Shown here: in pieces, positions 8,701 through 17,322 of the stretch | How the letters are laid out: each line of letters begins with the position of its first letter | How positions within the stretch are numbered: the first letter of the stretch is position 1 | IMG/VR virus record: IMGVR_UViG_3300038829_000089 | Location: 1 to 45,299 of that record | Strand: one strand, 5' to 3' | Source of the DNA: a virus | Taxonomy: Duplodnaviria > Caudoviricetes | DNA: 45,299 bases | Made by a program: the position numbers and the translations under genes | The notes under the pieces: model-generated | What the model was told of the DNA's origin: nothing | Seen by the model: the letters and a program-made list of their open reading frames with translations, nothing else | Databases searched by the model: none

Positions 8701-9000
8701 ATGCGCTTCGCAGAACCGAACGACCCGCAGACCTCCCCCGTCGCCCACCGCCCCGACCGCTCGGCCTTCCCGCATATCGTCGCGGCGATCCTCTCCGGCC
8801 GTTGCTGGATCCACCCGAACGGCGAACTGGCCGGGATCCACGCCGACGGCGGCCTCGTCTACCTCGGCAACACGAACCACGCGGCGACGCTCCCCGCCCT
8901 CGACCGCGAGCTCGCCGAGCACCCCGTCGAGGACTACCTGGTCGACCCCGCGATGACGGTCGCGCGCGCCGGCCAGGCCGCCGAAGGGTGGGCCCGGTGA
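8701..9000 (+). CDS. Hypothetical protein (first of a small-gene operon)
   Basis: GAGAGG RBS; downstream of the TATAAT promoter. Confidence 0.65.
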   Translation: MRFAEPNDPQTSPVAHRPDRSAFPHIVAAILSGRCWIHPNGELAGIHADGGLVYLGNTNHAATLPALDRELAEHPVEDYLVDPAMTVARAGQAAEGWAR

Positions 9001-9218
9001 ACCGCGCGACCCTCGCCGCGACCCTCGATGACTTCGCCGCGGTCGGCGACTACGACGGAGCCCGCGAATACGGGCTCGCGCTGCCGCTCTTCTCGCCCGA
9101 ACGGAAAGCATCCCTCCGCCGCGCGCGCGCTATCGCCGCTCGTCTAGACGGCGACATCGCCGAAGCCCTGGAGTTTGAGCAGCTCTCCGAGCGGTGGCTC
9201 GCGGCGGTGGCAGCGTGA
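8997..9218 (+). CDS. Hypothetical protein
   Basis: GTGA coupling. Confidence 0.55.
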   Translation: MNRATLAATLDDFAAVGDYDGAREYGLALPLFSPERKASLRRARAIAARLDGDIAEALEFEQLSERWLAAVAA

Positions 9219-9427
9219 CCGGCTCCGCCGAGACGGCCGCCGCCGCCTACGTCCGCAACGCGAAGGCGGTCGCCGAGAAGATCTCGCGCCTGCAGCGCGC
9301 CGTCGCCCACCACGCGGCCCGGCACGTCGCGAAGCCGGCCGATTGGGGCTTCGTCGGCGACCTCGCCGTCGTGAACCAGACCCTCGACAACGCGCTCGAC
9401 TTCCTGCAGAACGGCGGCGGCAAGTGA
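9215..9427 (+). CDS. Hypothetical protein
   Basis: GTGA coupling; WGFVGDL motif. Confidence 0.6.
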   Translation: MTGSAETAAAAYVRNAKAVAEKISRLQRAVAHHAARHVAKPADWGFVGDLAVVNQTLDNALDFLQNGGGK

Positions 9428-9627
9428 CCCCCGAACGGCTGGCGACCTTCACGAACGCCGACGAGCAGACCGAGGCGCAGGTTCACCGCGACCACCGCGG
9501 CGGCGCGACGGTCCGGCTCGTCGACCTCGATTCCGGCGAGGTCTGCTCGGCCCTGATTTCCTTCCCCGCTGGCCGCGACGCCGACGCGATCGCCAAGGCC
9601 TGCGCGATCGCCGGCGGCGCCAAGTGA
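9424..9627 (+). CDS. Hypothetical protein
   Basis: GTGA coupling; VRLVDLDSGE. Confidence 0.55.
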   Translation: MTPERLATFTNADEQTEAQVHRDHRGGATVRLVDLDSGEVCSALISFPAGRDADAIAKACAIAGGAK

Positions 9628-10094
9628 ACGCCTCCGCCCGCCGCACGTCGCCGACCGTCACCGGGCACCAGTGGTGCGCGGCCGGCGCGTGCCGCACCCG
9701 CGCCACCGTCTGCGCCACCATCGAGCGCACCGCCGGCGGCAAGTTCTCGCAGTACCTCTGCACCGAGCACCGCCAGGAGCTCGCCGAGTCCGCCCCCACC
9801 CACCCGTGGATTTTCGCCGTAACCGTCCTCCCCCTCACCCCGCTGGAGAAAATCACCGTCGCCAAACCACGCCCCGACCGCACGCGGGTTCGCGGCTTAG
9901 AGCGCGAGCACTACCGGTTGTTCGCGTGGGCGAGCTCGCGATACGGCGCTCCCTTTGCGTTGTTCGCGATCGGCGCCGCCAGGGGAGCGGCAGAAGATCT
10001 CAGGCGCGCCGCCAGCCCTCGCGAGTCCGCAGAGCGCCGCGGCAACGCTCGCGACGAGGCCGCAGCCATTCTTTCCCGGTGGGTCGCCGCGTGA
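9624..10094 (+). CDS. Hypothetical protein with Cys/His cluster
   Basis: CAAGAC...LCTEH; GTGA coupling. Confidence 0.5.
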   Translation: MNASARRTSPTVTGHQWCAAGACRTRATVCATIERTAGGKFSQYLCTEHRQELAESAPTHPWIFAVTVLPLTPLEKITVAKPRPDRTRVRGLEREHYRLFAWASSRYGAPFALFAIGAARGAAEDLRRAASPRESAERRGNARDEAAAILSRWVAA

Positions 10095-10318
10095 CCGAGC
10101 TCGAGCGCTCCGCCATGACCGCGGCCGCCCGCGTCATCGCCGACCACCTCGAGGGCGCCAGCAACGGCCCGCACTGGCAGCCGTCCCGCTACGCCCTCGC
10201 CGACCTCCGAGCGTGCCTCTCCGCCGACGCCAAGCGCGCCGCCGCCGCCGCCCTCGCTCCCGCCCAACCGTCCGCCGACCTCGACAACCTTCTCGACCTG
10301 ACAGGAGCTCCCCGATGA
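10091..10318 (+). CDS. Hypothetical protein
   Basis: GTGA/ATGA coupling. Confidence 0.5.
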   Translation: MTELERSAMTAAARVIADHLEGASNGPHWQPSRYALADLRACLSADAKRAAAAALAPAQPSADLDNLLDLTGAPR

Positions 10319-10743
10319 ATGACTCCGGCATCTACCTCGCACGCTCGCCCGGCGACGGCGGCGACTACCTCGCCCCGCTCATGCTCACGGTGCCGGTCTA
10401 CTTCTCGCGGCAGACCCTCGTCGACCTCCTCATCTGCGCCGCCGAAGGCGGGTCAAACTACTGGGCCGCGTTCAAGGTCACGGCTCGCGCCGACGGCGAC
10501 GATTCGCCGATCGCCTACGACGTCACCGAGTACGACGAGGACGGCGAGCCGGCCGACCCGCCGCGCGTCTTCCACGTCAATGCCGAACGCATGGCGGCAG
10601 GCATCGCCAAGCTCGCGACCAACCCGCCGCCATTCCCGAGCGCGCGGCGTCACCTCGGCGACGTCCTCAACGACAACGCCGACGCCGAAACGGCCGACGT
10701 CATCCTGCAGCTCGCGACGCTCGGCGACGTCGTTTACGGATAA
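10315..10743 (+). CDS. Conserved phage hypothetical protein
   Basis: AGGAG RBS; AEGGSNYWA...DAETADVILQLATLGDVVYG motif. Confidence 0.7.
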   Translation: MNDSGIYLARSPGDGGDYLAPLMLTVPVYFSRQTLVDLLICAAEGGSNYWAAFKVTARADGDDSPIAYDVTEYDEDGEPADPPRVFHVNAERMAAGIAKLATNPPPFPSARRHLGDVLNDNADAETADVILQLATLGDVVYG

Positions 10744-10773
10744 ACCAGCATCCGCACCCGAAAGGAAGCCAGC

Positions 10774-10992
10774 ATGAACCGCCGCGAGCTCTTCCGTTCC
10801 TGCTACGTCGACGCCAAGCTGCGCAAGTGGCCCGGCTCGGCCCCCAACGAATCGGCGCTGATTCTGCTCGGCGGCGTCCTGGCCGCGACCCTCGACGGCG
10901 ACGTCGAGGCGTCCCGCTGCCTCGCCCGCGGCCTCGTCTCGAATCGCCGCCAGCTCTACGGCTCCGTCCTGACCTCGCAGGCGGTGGCGTAA
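10774..10992 (+). CDS. Hypothetical protein
   Basis: RBS within the 30-bp repeat. Confidence 0.55.
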   Translation: MNRRELFRSCYVDAKLRKWPGSAPNESALILLGGVLAATLDGDVEASRCLARGLVSNRRQLYGSVLTSQAVA

Positions 10993-11268
10993 ATGCCCTA
11001 CTTCGACTTCTACGCCAGCGAGCACGCCGGCGCCCCCGAGGTGGCCGACGGCTCCGTCCTGACCTCGCAAGCCGTCCACGATAGCTGGCGCTGGGTTGAG
11101 CAGACCCGCTGCTCGACGGCCGACGCTCGCCGGCTCGCCCTCAACATCCTCGCGCATCCCGGCATGACCGCCGTCCGCGCCTTCTCGTCGAAGCGCCGCG
11201 GCTCGACCCTCGGCCGCCTCGCCTTCGCCGTCACCATCCCGCCCGCACCCGAAAGGAAGCCAGCATGA
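10993..11268 (+). CDS. Hypothetical protein
   Basis: TAAATG junction; shares GSVLTSQAV with the upstream gene. Confidence 0.5.
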   Translation: MPYFDFYASEHAGAPEVADGSVLTSQAVHDSWRWVEQTRCSTADARRLALNILAHPGMTAVRAFSSKRRGSTLGRLAFAVTIPPAPERKPA

Positions 11269-11732
11269 ACCGAGCAGCCATCAATCGCGCCGCGCGATGC
11301 GCCCTTGCCGTCGACGTCTACGAGTCGTTTATGGCCGAAACCGAGACGCTCAACGAGCTGCCGCTCGCGATGGACCTCGCCTATCTCCTCGGGGCGATCG
11401 TAAGAGGCGAAAACGTCGAGTGGAACGAGGACCAGAACGAGCACGCCCTGCGCATCCTCCGCGAGGTCTACACGGAAGCGCACCAGGTGTGGGCGCACGT
11501 CGTCATTGCTGGCGCCGCGCCCTGTGGCCCCGACTGCCCCGGCTGGGCCGTGTTCAACGAAGGCGAAGGAGACCCCGACGACCTCGGCGACGTGCAGGCG
11601 TGCGACGAGTGTGGCAGGTACACCGACGACGAGGCCGCAGACCTCGCGCGCGCTGCCGGGTACACCGTTGAGTGGGACGAGGATGGCAGCGGCTACTACG
11701 TCACGGCCAAGCCGGCCGAGGTCGCCCGGTGA
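11265..11732 (+). CDS. Acidic hypothetical protein with two Cys pairs
   Basis: CGPDC...CDEC; RBS within the repeat. Confidence 0.65.
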   Translation: MNRAAINRAARCALAVDVYESFMAETETLNELPLAMDLAYLLGAIVRGENVEWNEDQNEHALRILREVYTEAHQVWAHVVIAGAAPCGPDCPGWAVFNEGEGDPDDLGDVQACDECGRYTDDEAADLARAAGYTVEWDEDGSGYYVTAKPAEVAR

Positions 11733-12037
11733 GCGGCCAGGAGCGCGCCGCGGCAGCCCTCGCGCGCGCCCTCGAGGGCTGCCGGCGGATCGTCCGCCGA
11801 GGTGGGCGCGTGCGTCTCGTCCTCACCCGCCGATCGGCGCCAGAAGGCGGCACGGTGCCGCTCTTTGGCTCCCTCGGCGGCCCGACCGGCGACGTCGTCG
11901 CCGTCGTCCCGACGCTCGAGGAGCTCACCCACCCCGACGGCCGCCTCGAGCGCCGGCGCTCGTTCCGCATCGTCGCCAAGTTCGACCCCGCGGCCGTGAT
12001 CGCGGCCGTCGAGGGCCAGCGCTTTACACCGGCCTAG
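11729..12037 (+). CDS. Hypothetical protein
   Basis: GTGA coupling. Confidence 0.5.
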   Translation: MSGQERAAAALARALEGCRRIVRRGGRVRLVLTRRSAPEGGTVPLFGSLGGPTGDVVAVVPTLEELTHPDGRLERRRSFRIVAKFDPAAVIAAVEGQRFTPA

Positions 12038-12051
12038 AACTAGGCTATATT
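12023..12051 (+). promoter_or_regulatory. Promoter with CCTA-N4-TAGG operator (copy 3)
   Basis: TTTACA-17-TATATT with CCTAGAACTAGG (12033-12044); ATG 12058 follows after 6 nt. Confidence 0.75.
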
Positions 12052-12057
12052 CTGCTT

Positions 12058-12153
12058 ATGGCGAACAACGGCAACGAAATCGGAGATTTTCAGTGGATAC
12101 AACTCTCTCACCCGCTCGGCTACCCGGTCCACGCGATCGAGGCCGCATCGTGA
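12058..12153 (+). CDS. 31-aa putative leaderless peptide
   Basis: MANNGNEIGDFQWIQLSHPLGYPVHAIEAAS; its stop overlaps GTG 12150. Confidence 0.45.
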   Translation: MANNGNEIGDFQWIQLSHPLGYPVHAIEAAS

Positions 12154-12524
12154 CCCGCGCCAGCGACGCAGCGGTCGCCCGCGACCTCCGGCGCGAAGAG
12201 GCGAAGGCGGCCGAGCGCCGCCGCCTCGCCGTCGGCGTCCTCGGCCAGGAGCGCGCCGACGCCGTCGCCGCCCTCCCCGTCGATCACCAGCTCCTGTGGA
12301 TCGCCGCGACCGTCTGCTACGGCGCGCAATGGCAGCTCGCCATCGGGCGAGCCATCGGCATCAAGAGCTCGCGCAACGTCCGCCGCTACGCCCTCGGCGA
12401 GGCGCCGGTCCCCCGGCGCTGGCTCGAGTTCCTCGCCGAGCAGATCCACGCCCACCGCGCGGAAGCCGCCGACGTCGACCGCGTCCTCGCGCAGCGCCTC
12501 GACGAGCGCACGGGGCGAGCATGA
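12150..12524 (+). CDS. HTH transcriptional regulator
   Basis: YGAQWQLAIGRAIGIKSSRNVRRYALGEAPVP resembles the YG..WQ..LAR.LG...R.VRRW..G..P.P small repressor family. Confidence 0.65.
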   Translation: MTRASDAAVARDLRREEAKAAERRRLAVGVLGQERADAVAALPVDHQLLWIAATVCYGAQWQLAIGRAIGIKSSRNVRRYALGEAPVPRRWLEFLAEQIHAHRAEAADVDRVLAQRLDERTGRA

Positions 12525-12552
12525 CCACCCCCGCCCCGACCAGCGGTGCGCG

Positions 12553-13098
12553 ATGAGAACCCCCGAGGAGACGGCGCGGCTGGCGAACGGGGTGGCGGTG
12601 ACGCCGGACCACCCCCGCAGCAAGATCGAGGTGGAGGCGCGGTGCGGCGGCCTCGGCGTGTTTGGGTGGCCAGACTACGAAGTGTGGCTGTACGACAACT
12701 GGGAACGGAGGCGGCACCGGTTGCTGGCCAATCCGGCGCGCGACGCGGTGTTGTTTCTCGCCGCCGACCTCGCCGAGGCGCGGGCCGAGGCCAAGAAGCT
12801 ACTGGAGGCCGAGACGCAGCGGCGCTGCGAGCTGGGCGCCGCCTACCACGAAGAGGCACGGCGCCACGCTGACACCGAGTCGGAGCTCGCCGAGGCGCGG
12901 GCCGAGGTGGCGGCGCTGCGGGAGGTGGCGTCGTTGGTGCGCGAGTGGCAGGCGGCGAAGGACATCGAGCACCGCGCCGACACGGATTACCGCAACTCCG
13001 CCACCCCGTACATCGTGTTCGAGGACGCCAAGATCGCTCGCCAGGCCATCGAGGCCCGCCTCCTCGCGGCCGTCATTCCGGAGGTGGACCGTGGGTGA
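12553..13098 (+). CDS. Coiled-coil hypothetical protein (mosaic)
   Basis: LAEARAE twice; EVAALREVA.LVREWQAAK module shared with the next gene. Confidence 0.65.
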   Translation: MRTPEETARLANGVAVTPDHPRSKIEVEARCGGLGVFGWPDYEVWLYDNWERRRHRLLANPARDAVLFLAADLAEARAEAKKLLEAETQRRCELGAAYHEEARRHADTESELAEARAEVAALREVASLVREWQAAKDIEHRADTDYRNSATPYIVFEDAKIARQAIEARLLAAVIPEVDRG

Positions 13099-13609
13099 CA
13101 ACGGACAGCGGGTCTACGTAGGGCCGTGGCGAGAGCGTCCATGCGATGACGCGCGGTGCCGCGTGGTCATTGCGATCGACGCCAACAAGAACCACGTCGG
13201 GTCGGTCGAGTACGACAAGGAGTCGGACCTCAGGGCGCGGCCGGAGGCATGGACGGCTCGTGAGGTGGTGCTGCTGGCCGCCACCCTCGCGGCCCGCGAC
13301 GAGCGGGTCAGGGAGCTGGAGGCGGAGGTGGCCGAGTGGCAGTCTCGCGCCAAGGAGCTTCTGGAGGATGGCTGCCGAGGGAGCGACCTGAACACAAGGC
13401 TCTGCGAGCAAATCGCGGGGTTGGATGCCGAGGTGGCGGCGCTGCGGGAGGTCGCGGGGCTGGTGCGCGAGTGGCAGGCAGCGAAGCGGGCGGAGGACGA
13501 GACGTTAGGGTCGTCGGTCGGGGGCGCATTTAAGGCGGCGATCAGCGTCACGAATGCCATCGAATCCAGCCTCCTCGCGGCCGCCCTGCCGGAGGCGAGC
13601 CATGGGTGA
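13091..13609 (+). CDS. Coiled-coil hypothetical protein (mosaic)
   Basis: GGAGG RBS, GTG start; modules shared with both neighbours. Confidence 0.65.
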   Translation: MGDNGQRVYVGPWRERPCDDARCRVVIAIDANKNHVGSVEYDKESDLRARPEAWTAREVVLLAATLAARDERVRELEAEVAEWQSRAKELLEDGCRGSDLNTRLCEQIAGLDAEVAALREVAGLVREWQAAKRAEDETLGSSVGGAFKAAISVTNAIESSLLAAALPEASHG

Positions 13610-13835
13610 CGAGACGCGAGGGCTCTACGACAAGTTCGCCGTCGAGCGCACCGACGGCAGTAGCGAGCCGGGCGGCAAGCACGACGGGTGCCGCTACTAC
13701 GTGCTCGACCTGACGCACGATCCGTTCGCCAGGCCGGCGCTACTGGCCTACGCCGTCGCCTGCGAGGCGGACTACCCGCTGCTGGCGGCTGATCTGCGAC
13801 GCCTGCTCAACGACGAGGAGGTGGGCCGTGGGTGA
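13602..13835 (+). CDS. Conserved small phage protein
   Basis: GLYDKF.VERTDGS...GGKH..C.YYVLDL.HDPFA..AL.AYA motif; GGAGG RBS. Confidence 0.7.
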   Translation: MGDETRGLYDKFAVERTDGSSEPGGKHDGCRYYVLDLTHDPFARPALLAYAVACEADYPLLAADLRRLLNDEEVGRG

Positions 13836-14763
13836 GCCGATACTGTTGCCGTGCCCGTTCTGCGGGTCTTCCGCTCGCGTAGTCGCCAGTCATCCTGGCT
13901 CGCGAGTGGGATCCAGGATGATCGGGTGCTCACGGGACAAGTGTCCCGTGGGACCCGAAGTCTTTGACGAGAGTCTCTACGATGCCGCCGAGCGCTGGAA
14001 CGCCCGCGCCCCCAACCCGCTCCTCGCCGCCGCGAACGAGCGGATCAGGGAGCTGGAGGCGGAGGTATCGGCGTGGCGCTCAGGGTCGGATCTCGGCCAC
14101 CAGCGCATCGCCACCCTGGAGGCCGAGCTGGCCGACCGGCAAGCGGACGTCGACGCCATCTCTATCGCCGCTGCCGCCCTGGATGCCGAGCGGGCCGCGC
14201 TGCGGCCCAAGGCCGAGGCGGCGGAGCGGTACGCGGTTAGTTGGTGGGCGAAGGAAGAGGCGGCTCGATTTGTCCGGGCCGGCAGGGATGCCAGGGAGAC
14301 GACCGGCGAAATGGCGAACCGCTACATCGACGCGAGGTCGGCCGTTCACGCGTTCTCTGCGGCGCATGCCGGAGTTCTGGCAGCCTGCCCCGACCAGGAG
14401 TTCGACGCAGACGGCGACATTTTACCGCCGGGCAGGCCGCGTCAACCGAAGCCGCCGACGCCACCCGCCCCCGCCGCCGCCCCAACCGTCAAGGAATCCT
14501 TGACAGTTGCCCCCGCTGAGGAGCCCCGCGAGGTGGTCGCGCCCGACCATACCGAGGACTCGCTCGCAATGGTCGAGCCCGCACCGGCCCCGGCGGCCGG
14601 GCATGGTGCCGACACGGGCTACACCAACTACGACCGCGAGGCGCACGCGGAGATGAGGGACGCACCGGCCCCGCAGCGCTGGTGGTGCGAGGGGTGCGGG
14701 GAGGTGGTGCGCGTTGCCGGTGACCACAGTGGGCCGTTCGTGCCGGTGGAGGCGGGATCGTGA
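13828..14763 (+). CDS. Lar (restriction alleviation)-like Zn-finger fused to coiled coil
   Basis: LLPCPFCG...C..KC...AAERWNARA; C-terminal WCEGCG. Confidence 0.65.
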   Translation: MGEPILLPCPFCGSSARVVASHPGSRVGSRMIGCSRDKCPVGPEVFDESLYDAAERWNARAPNPLLAAANERIRELEAEVSAWRSGSDLGHQRIATLEAELADRQADVDAISIAAAALDAERAALRPKAEAAERYAVSWWAKEEAARFVRAGRDARETTGEMANRYIDARSAVHAFSAAHAGVLAACPDQEFDADGDILPPGRPRQPKPPTPPAPAAAPTVKESLTVAPAEEPREVVAPDHTEDSLAMVEPAPAPAAGHGADTGYTNYDREAHAEMRDAPAPQRWWCEGCGEVVRVAGDHSGPFVPVEAGS

Positions 14764-14972
14764 GCGCGAAGGAGGCGATACCTGATGGTTTCTTTCGCGC
14801 CGCATCCATGGCCGGCAACCTGGAGCACGTGTTCCGCGAGTCGCGGCCATGGGTGGCTGTCTGTGGCTACGAGCCTCGTCCTGGCGCCTGGATGACCCGG
14901 AAGATGACTTTCCTGGACGACTGCCCGCGCTGCCGCGCCTATCTCGCCCAGCCCGCCGGAGCCGCCCCGTGA
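14760..14972 (+). CDS. Small Cys/His protein
   Basis: H..AVCG...CPRC; GTGA coupling. Confidence 0.5.
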   Translation: MSAKEAIPDGFFRAASMAGNLEHVFRESRPWVAVCGYEPRPGAWMTRKMTFLDDCPRCRAYLAQPAGAAP

Positions 14973-15223
14973 GGGGCAAGGTGGGTGAGCGGCGAATCGA
15001 AGACAGGCTCGGCGGGGACGTCATCGAGGTACGGCTCGTCCTCGGCGAAAGCGCCGCCGCCAGCCTGACGGCCGTGGCGCAGATCGCCGACCAGGAGCTC
15101 AACGAGTGGATAGGCTGGGCGCTTCGCTTCGCCAACAGCCCCGCCGGCGCCCGCGCGATCCGCGCTTACATCGCCGACACGAAACGAGCGGCGAAGCGCG
15201 CCGCGCCTACCGCTTCCGCTTGA
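14969..15223 (+). CDS. Hypothetical protein
   Basis: GTGA coupling; possible ribbon-helix-helix pattern. Confidence 0.45.
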   Translation: MRGKVGERRIEDRLGGDVIEVRLVLGESAAASLTAVAQIADQELNEWIGWALRFANSPAGARAIRAYIADTKRAAKRAAPTASA

Positions 15224-15554
15224 CCGGCGGCCGGAACGGCAGCGCGTTGCCGAGCCGGTCGCGCACCTTTGCCGGGCGGAGCGCTACGGCCTTGGCCGCC
15301 TCCTCCGCCGCCTTCCTCGCCCTCTCGACCGACAGGAACGCCGCGAGCACCCGCTCGAGCTGCTCGCGCCGGCGCTGCTCGGCCGCCTTCTCGCCGAGGA
15401 TGCGCGCTTGCGCCTCGACCAGGGAGACGAACGCCTCGTGAAACTTCGCGAGGCGGCGGGCGGCGACCATAGACAGCTCGTCGCCTCGCGCCTCAAGGAG
15501 TGCGATCAGCTCGACAAGCTCGGGACCTTCGGCGGGCGGCAGAGGGGATTCCAT
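15207..15554 (-). CDS. Hypothetical coiled-coil protein on the minus strand
   Basis: Protein-like composition; fills a gap in + strand coding; divergent from 15669. Confidence 0.55.
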   Translation of the reverse strand: MESPLPPAEGPELVELIALLEARGDELSMVAARRLAKFHEAFVSLVEAQARILGEKAAEQRRREQLERVLAAFLSVERARKAAEEAAKAVALRPAKVRDRLGNALPFRPPVKRKR

Positions 15555-15668
15555 GCCTCGATTCTAGGGCCGATTCACAGATGGCGAATTGGTTTCTGCC
15601 GCCCCCGTAACATGGCCGTCGACCGGCCCGGAGGCGTCCTCCGGCCTGGCTCGGGAGGCCGCCCCGCA

Positions 15669-15938
15669 ATGAAGTCCGCAAGCTCCGCCGCTGTCGAAAA
15701 GACCCGCCGCTCTGGCCTGATCTCCGTCGACCTCCCCCCGGAAGTCGCCGCCGAGTGTGCCGCCGCGCACGCCCGCTGCCCCTCCGTCCCGCTCTCCGAG
15801 ATCCGCGCCTTTGTCCGCGACGCAGCCCGCGACGCCGCCGCCGCGGCCACCCTCGGCCACGTCGGCGCGATCGTGCAAGCGCGCATCCTCGCCGCCTTCG
15901 CCACCGGCCCTCAGCTCGAGATCGGCGGCACGCCGTGA
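15669..15938 (+). CDS. Hypothetical protein
   Basis: GGGAGG upstream of ATG. Confidence 0.5.
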   Translation: MKSASSAAVEKTRRSGLISVDLPPEVAAECAAAHARCPSVPLSEIRAFVRDAARDAAAAATLGHVGAIVQARILAAFATGPQLEIGGTP

Positions 15939-16138
15939 CGCCGGATAGCCCGCGCCACGTCGACCCGCTCGGGCTGATCTTCCCCGCCCTCTTCGTCTTG
16001 ACGCTCGTTCTCGCCGCAGCGAAGGGCGTTGGCGTGATCGCCTGCTCGTGGTGGCTGGCCCTCGCGCCGCTCTGGCTCGCCATCGCGCTCTTCGTCGGCC
16101 TCCTGGTCGCGATGTTGTGGCGGGAGGATGGCGATTGA
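15935..16138 (+). CDS. Small membrane protein
   Basis: LFVLTLVLAAAKGVGVIACSWWLALAPLW motif. Confidence 0.7.
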   Translation: MTPDSPRHVDPLGLIFPALFVLTLVLAAAKGVGVIACSWWLALAPLWLAIALFVGLLVAMLWREDGD

Positions 16139-17322
16139 GCCCCGTCGACCCGCTCTGCCAGATCAAAGACCTCCGCGGCAAGCCGCTCGCCCGCCCGGCG
16201 ACGCTCCCGCCGAAGCGCCGAGACCTCGCCGCCGCTCCCGCGCCAGAGCCCGTCAAGGGACCGCCGCCCACGGCACCGGACCCGATCCGCGCCGCGGCGC
16301 TCGACGCGCTAACGAAGCAGCGCGCCCGAGACGCGGCGATCCGCGAGGCCAGGGCCAAGCGCAACGCAGGCACGAACGCCGACCGCGCGGAGGCCGCCTA
16401 TCAGCAGCGCGTCGCCGAGCGCGCCGACCAGGAGCTCGCCGCGGCGCAGGCCGAGGTCGCCGCCGAAGCCGTCGCCCCTGTCGTCGTCGCCGATACGTCC
16501 GGCCTCCGCCCCCGGCCCGAGCTCAGCACCGCCGAATACGGCGCGACCTACGCCGCTGGGCTGGAGTCGCTCCGGGCCGTCGAGAAGATGGCAGCAACCG
16601 AGCACGCTCTACGGATCGGCGGCAACGGCCAGACACCGCGGGCGAGCGAGCTCGCGCTCGAGGGTAAGCTGCGCGAGGCGCTCGACAGCGCCGACAACGC
16701 GCAGAAGGACGCGACCGCCGCCCTCAGGCGCGACGAGGCGGCCGACACTCGCGCCGGCGTGGCGCGGGGCGAGAAGCTCGAGGCCGAGCGCCTGCTCGAC
16801 CAGGCGCGGCGCGGCGCCGAGGTCGCCCGCGAGCGATACGACGCCCTCAGCAGCGAGCACTCGGCCGTGCGGGCAGACCGCGACCGCCTCCTCGTGGTGG
16901 TCGAGCGCCTCGATGCCGCCGCGCTCATCGGCACCATCGGCGAGTGCAGACCGGTGCCGGTTCCCGCCACGGCCCCCGCCTCCCCCTGGCCGGCCGACGG
17001 CGCCGTCATCGTCTCGCACCTCGACCAGCGTACCGGCGAGGCCCGCGTCGAGGTCGAGTTCGCGGCCGGCTTCGGCTTCCGCGTCGCCCGCTCGCACAAC
17101 TCGCTCGAGGACGGCTCCGCCCCCTGCGCCGCCGTCGCCTTCCACGGGGCAACGCAGGGCGAGCCGCGCGGCATCGTCGCCCTCGACCGCGTTCGCCTGA
17201 TCGCTAACCGCATGCTCGAGGCCGCCACCCTGGCCGAGGCGATGCGCGACACGCCCGACGACGAGCTCGCGACGTTCATCCTCCGCGGCGTGGCCGCGGC
17301 CCCGGTTTCGGCGGCCTCGTGA
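16135..17322 (+). CDS. Coiled-coil hypothetical protein
   Basis: TTGA coupling; long Ala/Glu/Arg helical stretches. Confidence 0.6.
   Translation: MSPVDPLCQIKDLRGKPLARPATLPPKRRDLAAAPAPEPVKGPPPTAPDPIRAAALDALTKQRARDAAIREARAKRNAGTNADRAEAAYQQRVAERADQELAAAQAEVAAEAVAPVVVADTSGLRPRPELSTAEYGATYAAGLESLRAVEKMAATEHALRIGGNGQTPRASELALEGKLREALDSADNAQKDATAALRRDEAADTRAGVARGEKLEAERLLDQARRGAEVARERYDALSSEHSAVRADRDRLLVVVERLDAAALIGTIGECRPVPVPATAPASPWPADGAVIVSHLDQRTGEARVEVEFAAGFGFRVARSHNSLEDGSAPCAAVAFHGATQGEPRGIVALDRVRLIANRMLEAATLAEAMRDTPDDELATFILRGVAAAPVSAAS

Larger units (their letters stand above)
10752..11272 (+). repeat. 30-bp direct repeat covering RBS and start codon
   Basis: CCGCACCCGAAAGGAAGCCAGCATGAACCG at 10752-10781 and 11243-11272. 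Confidence 0.9.
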
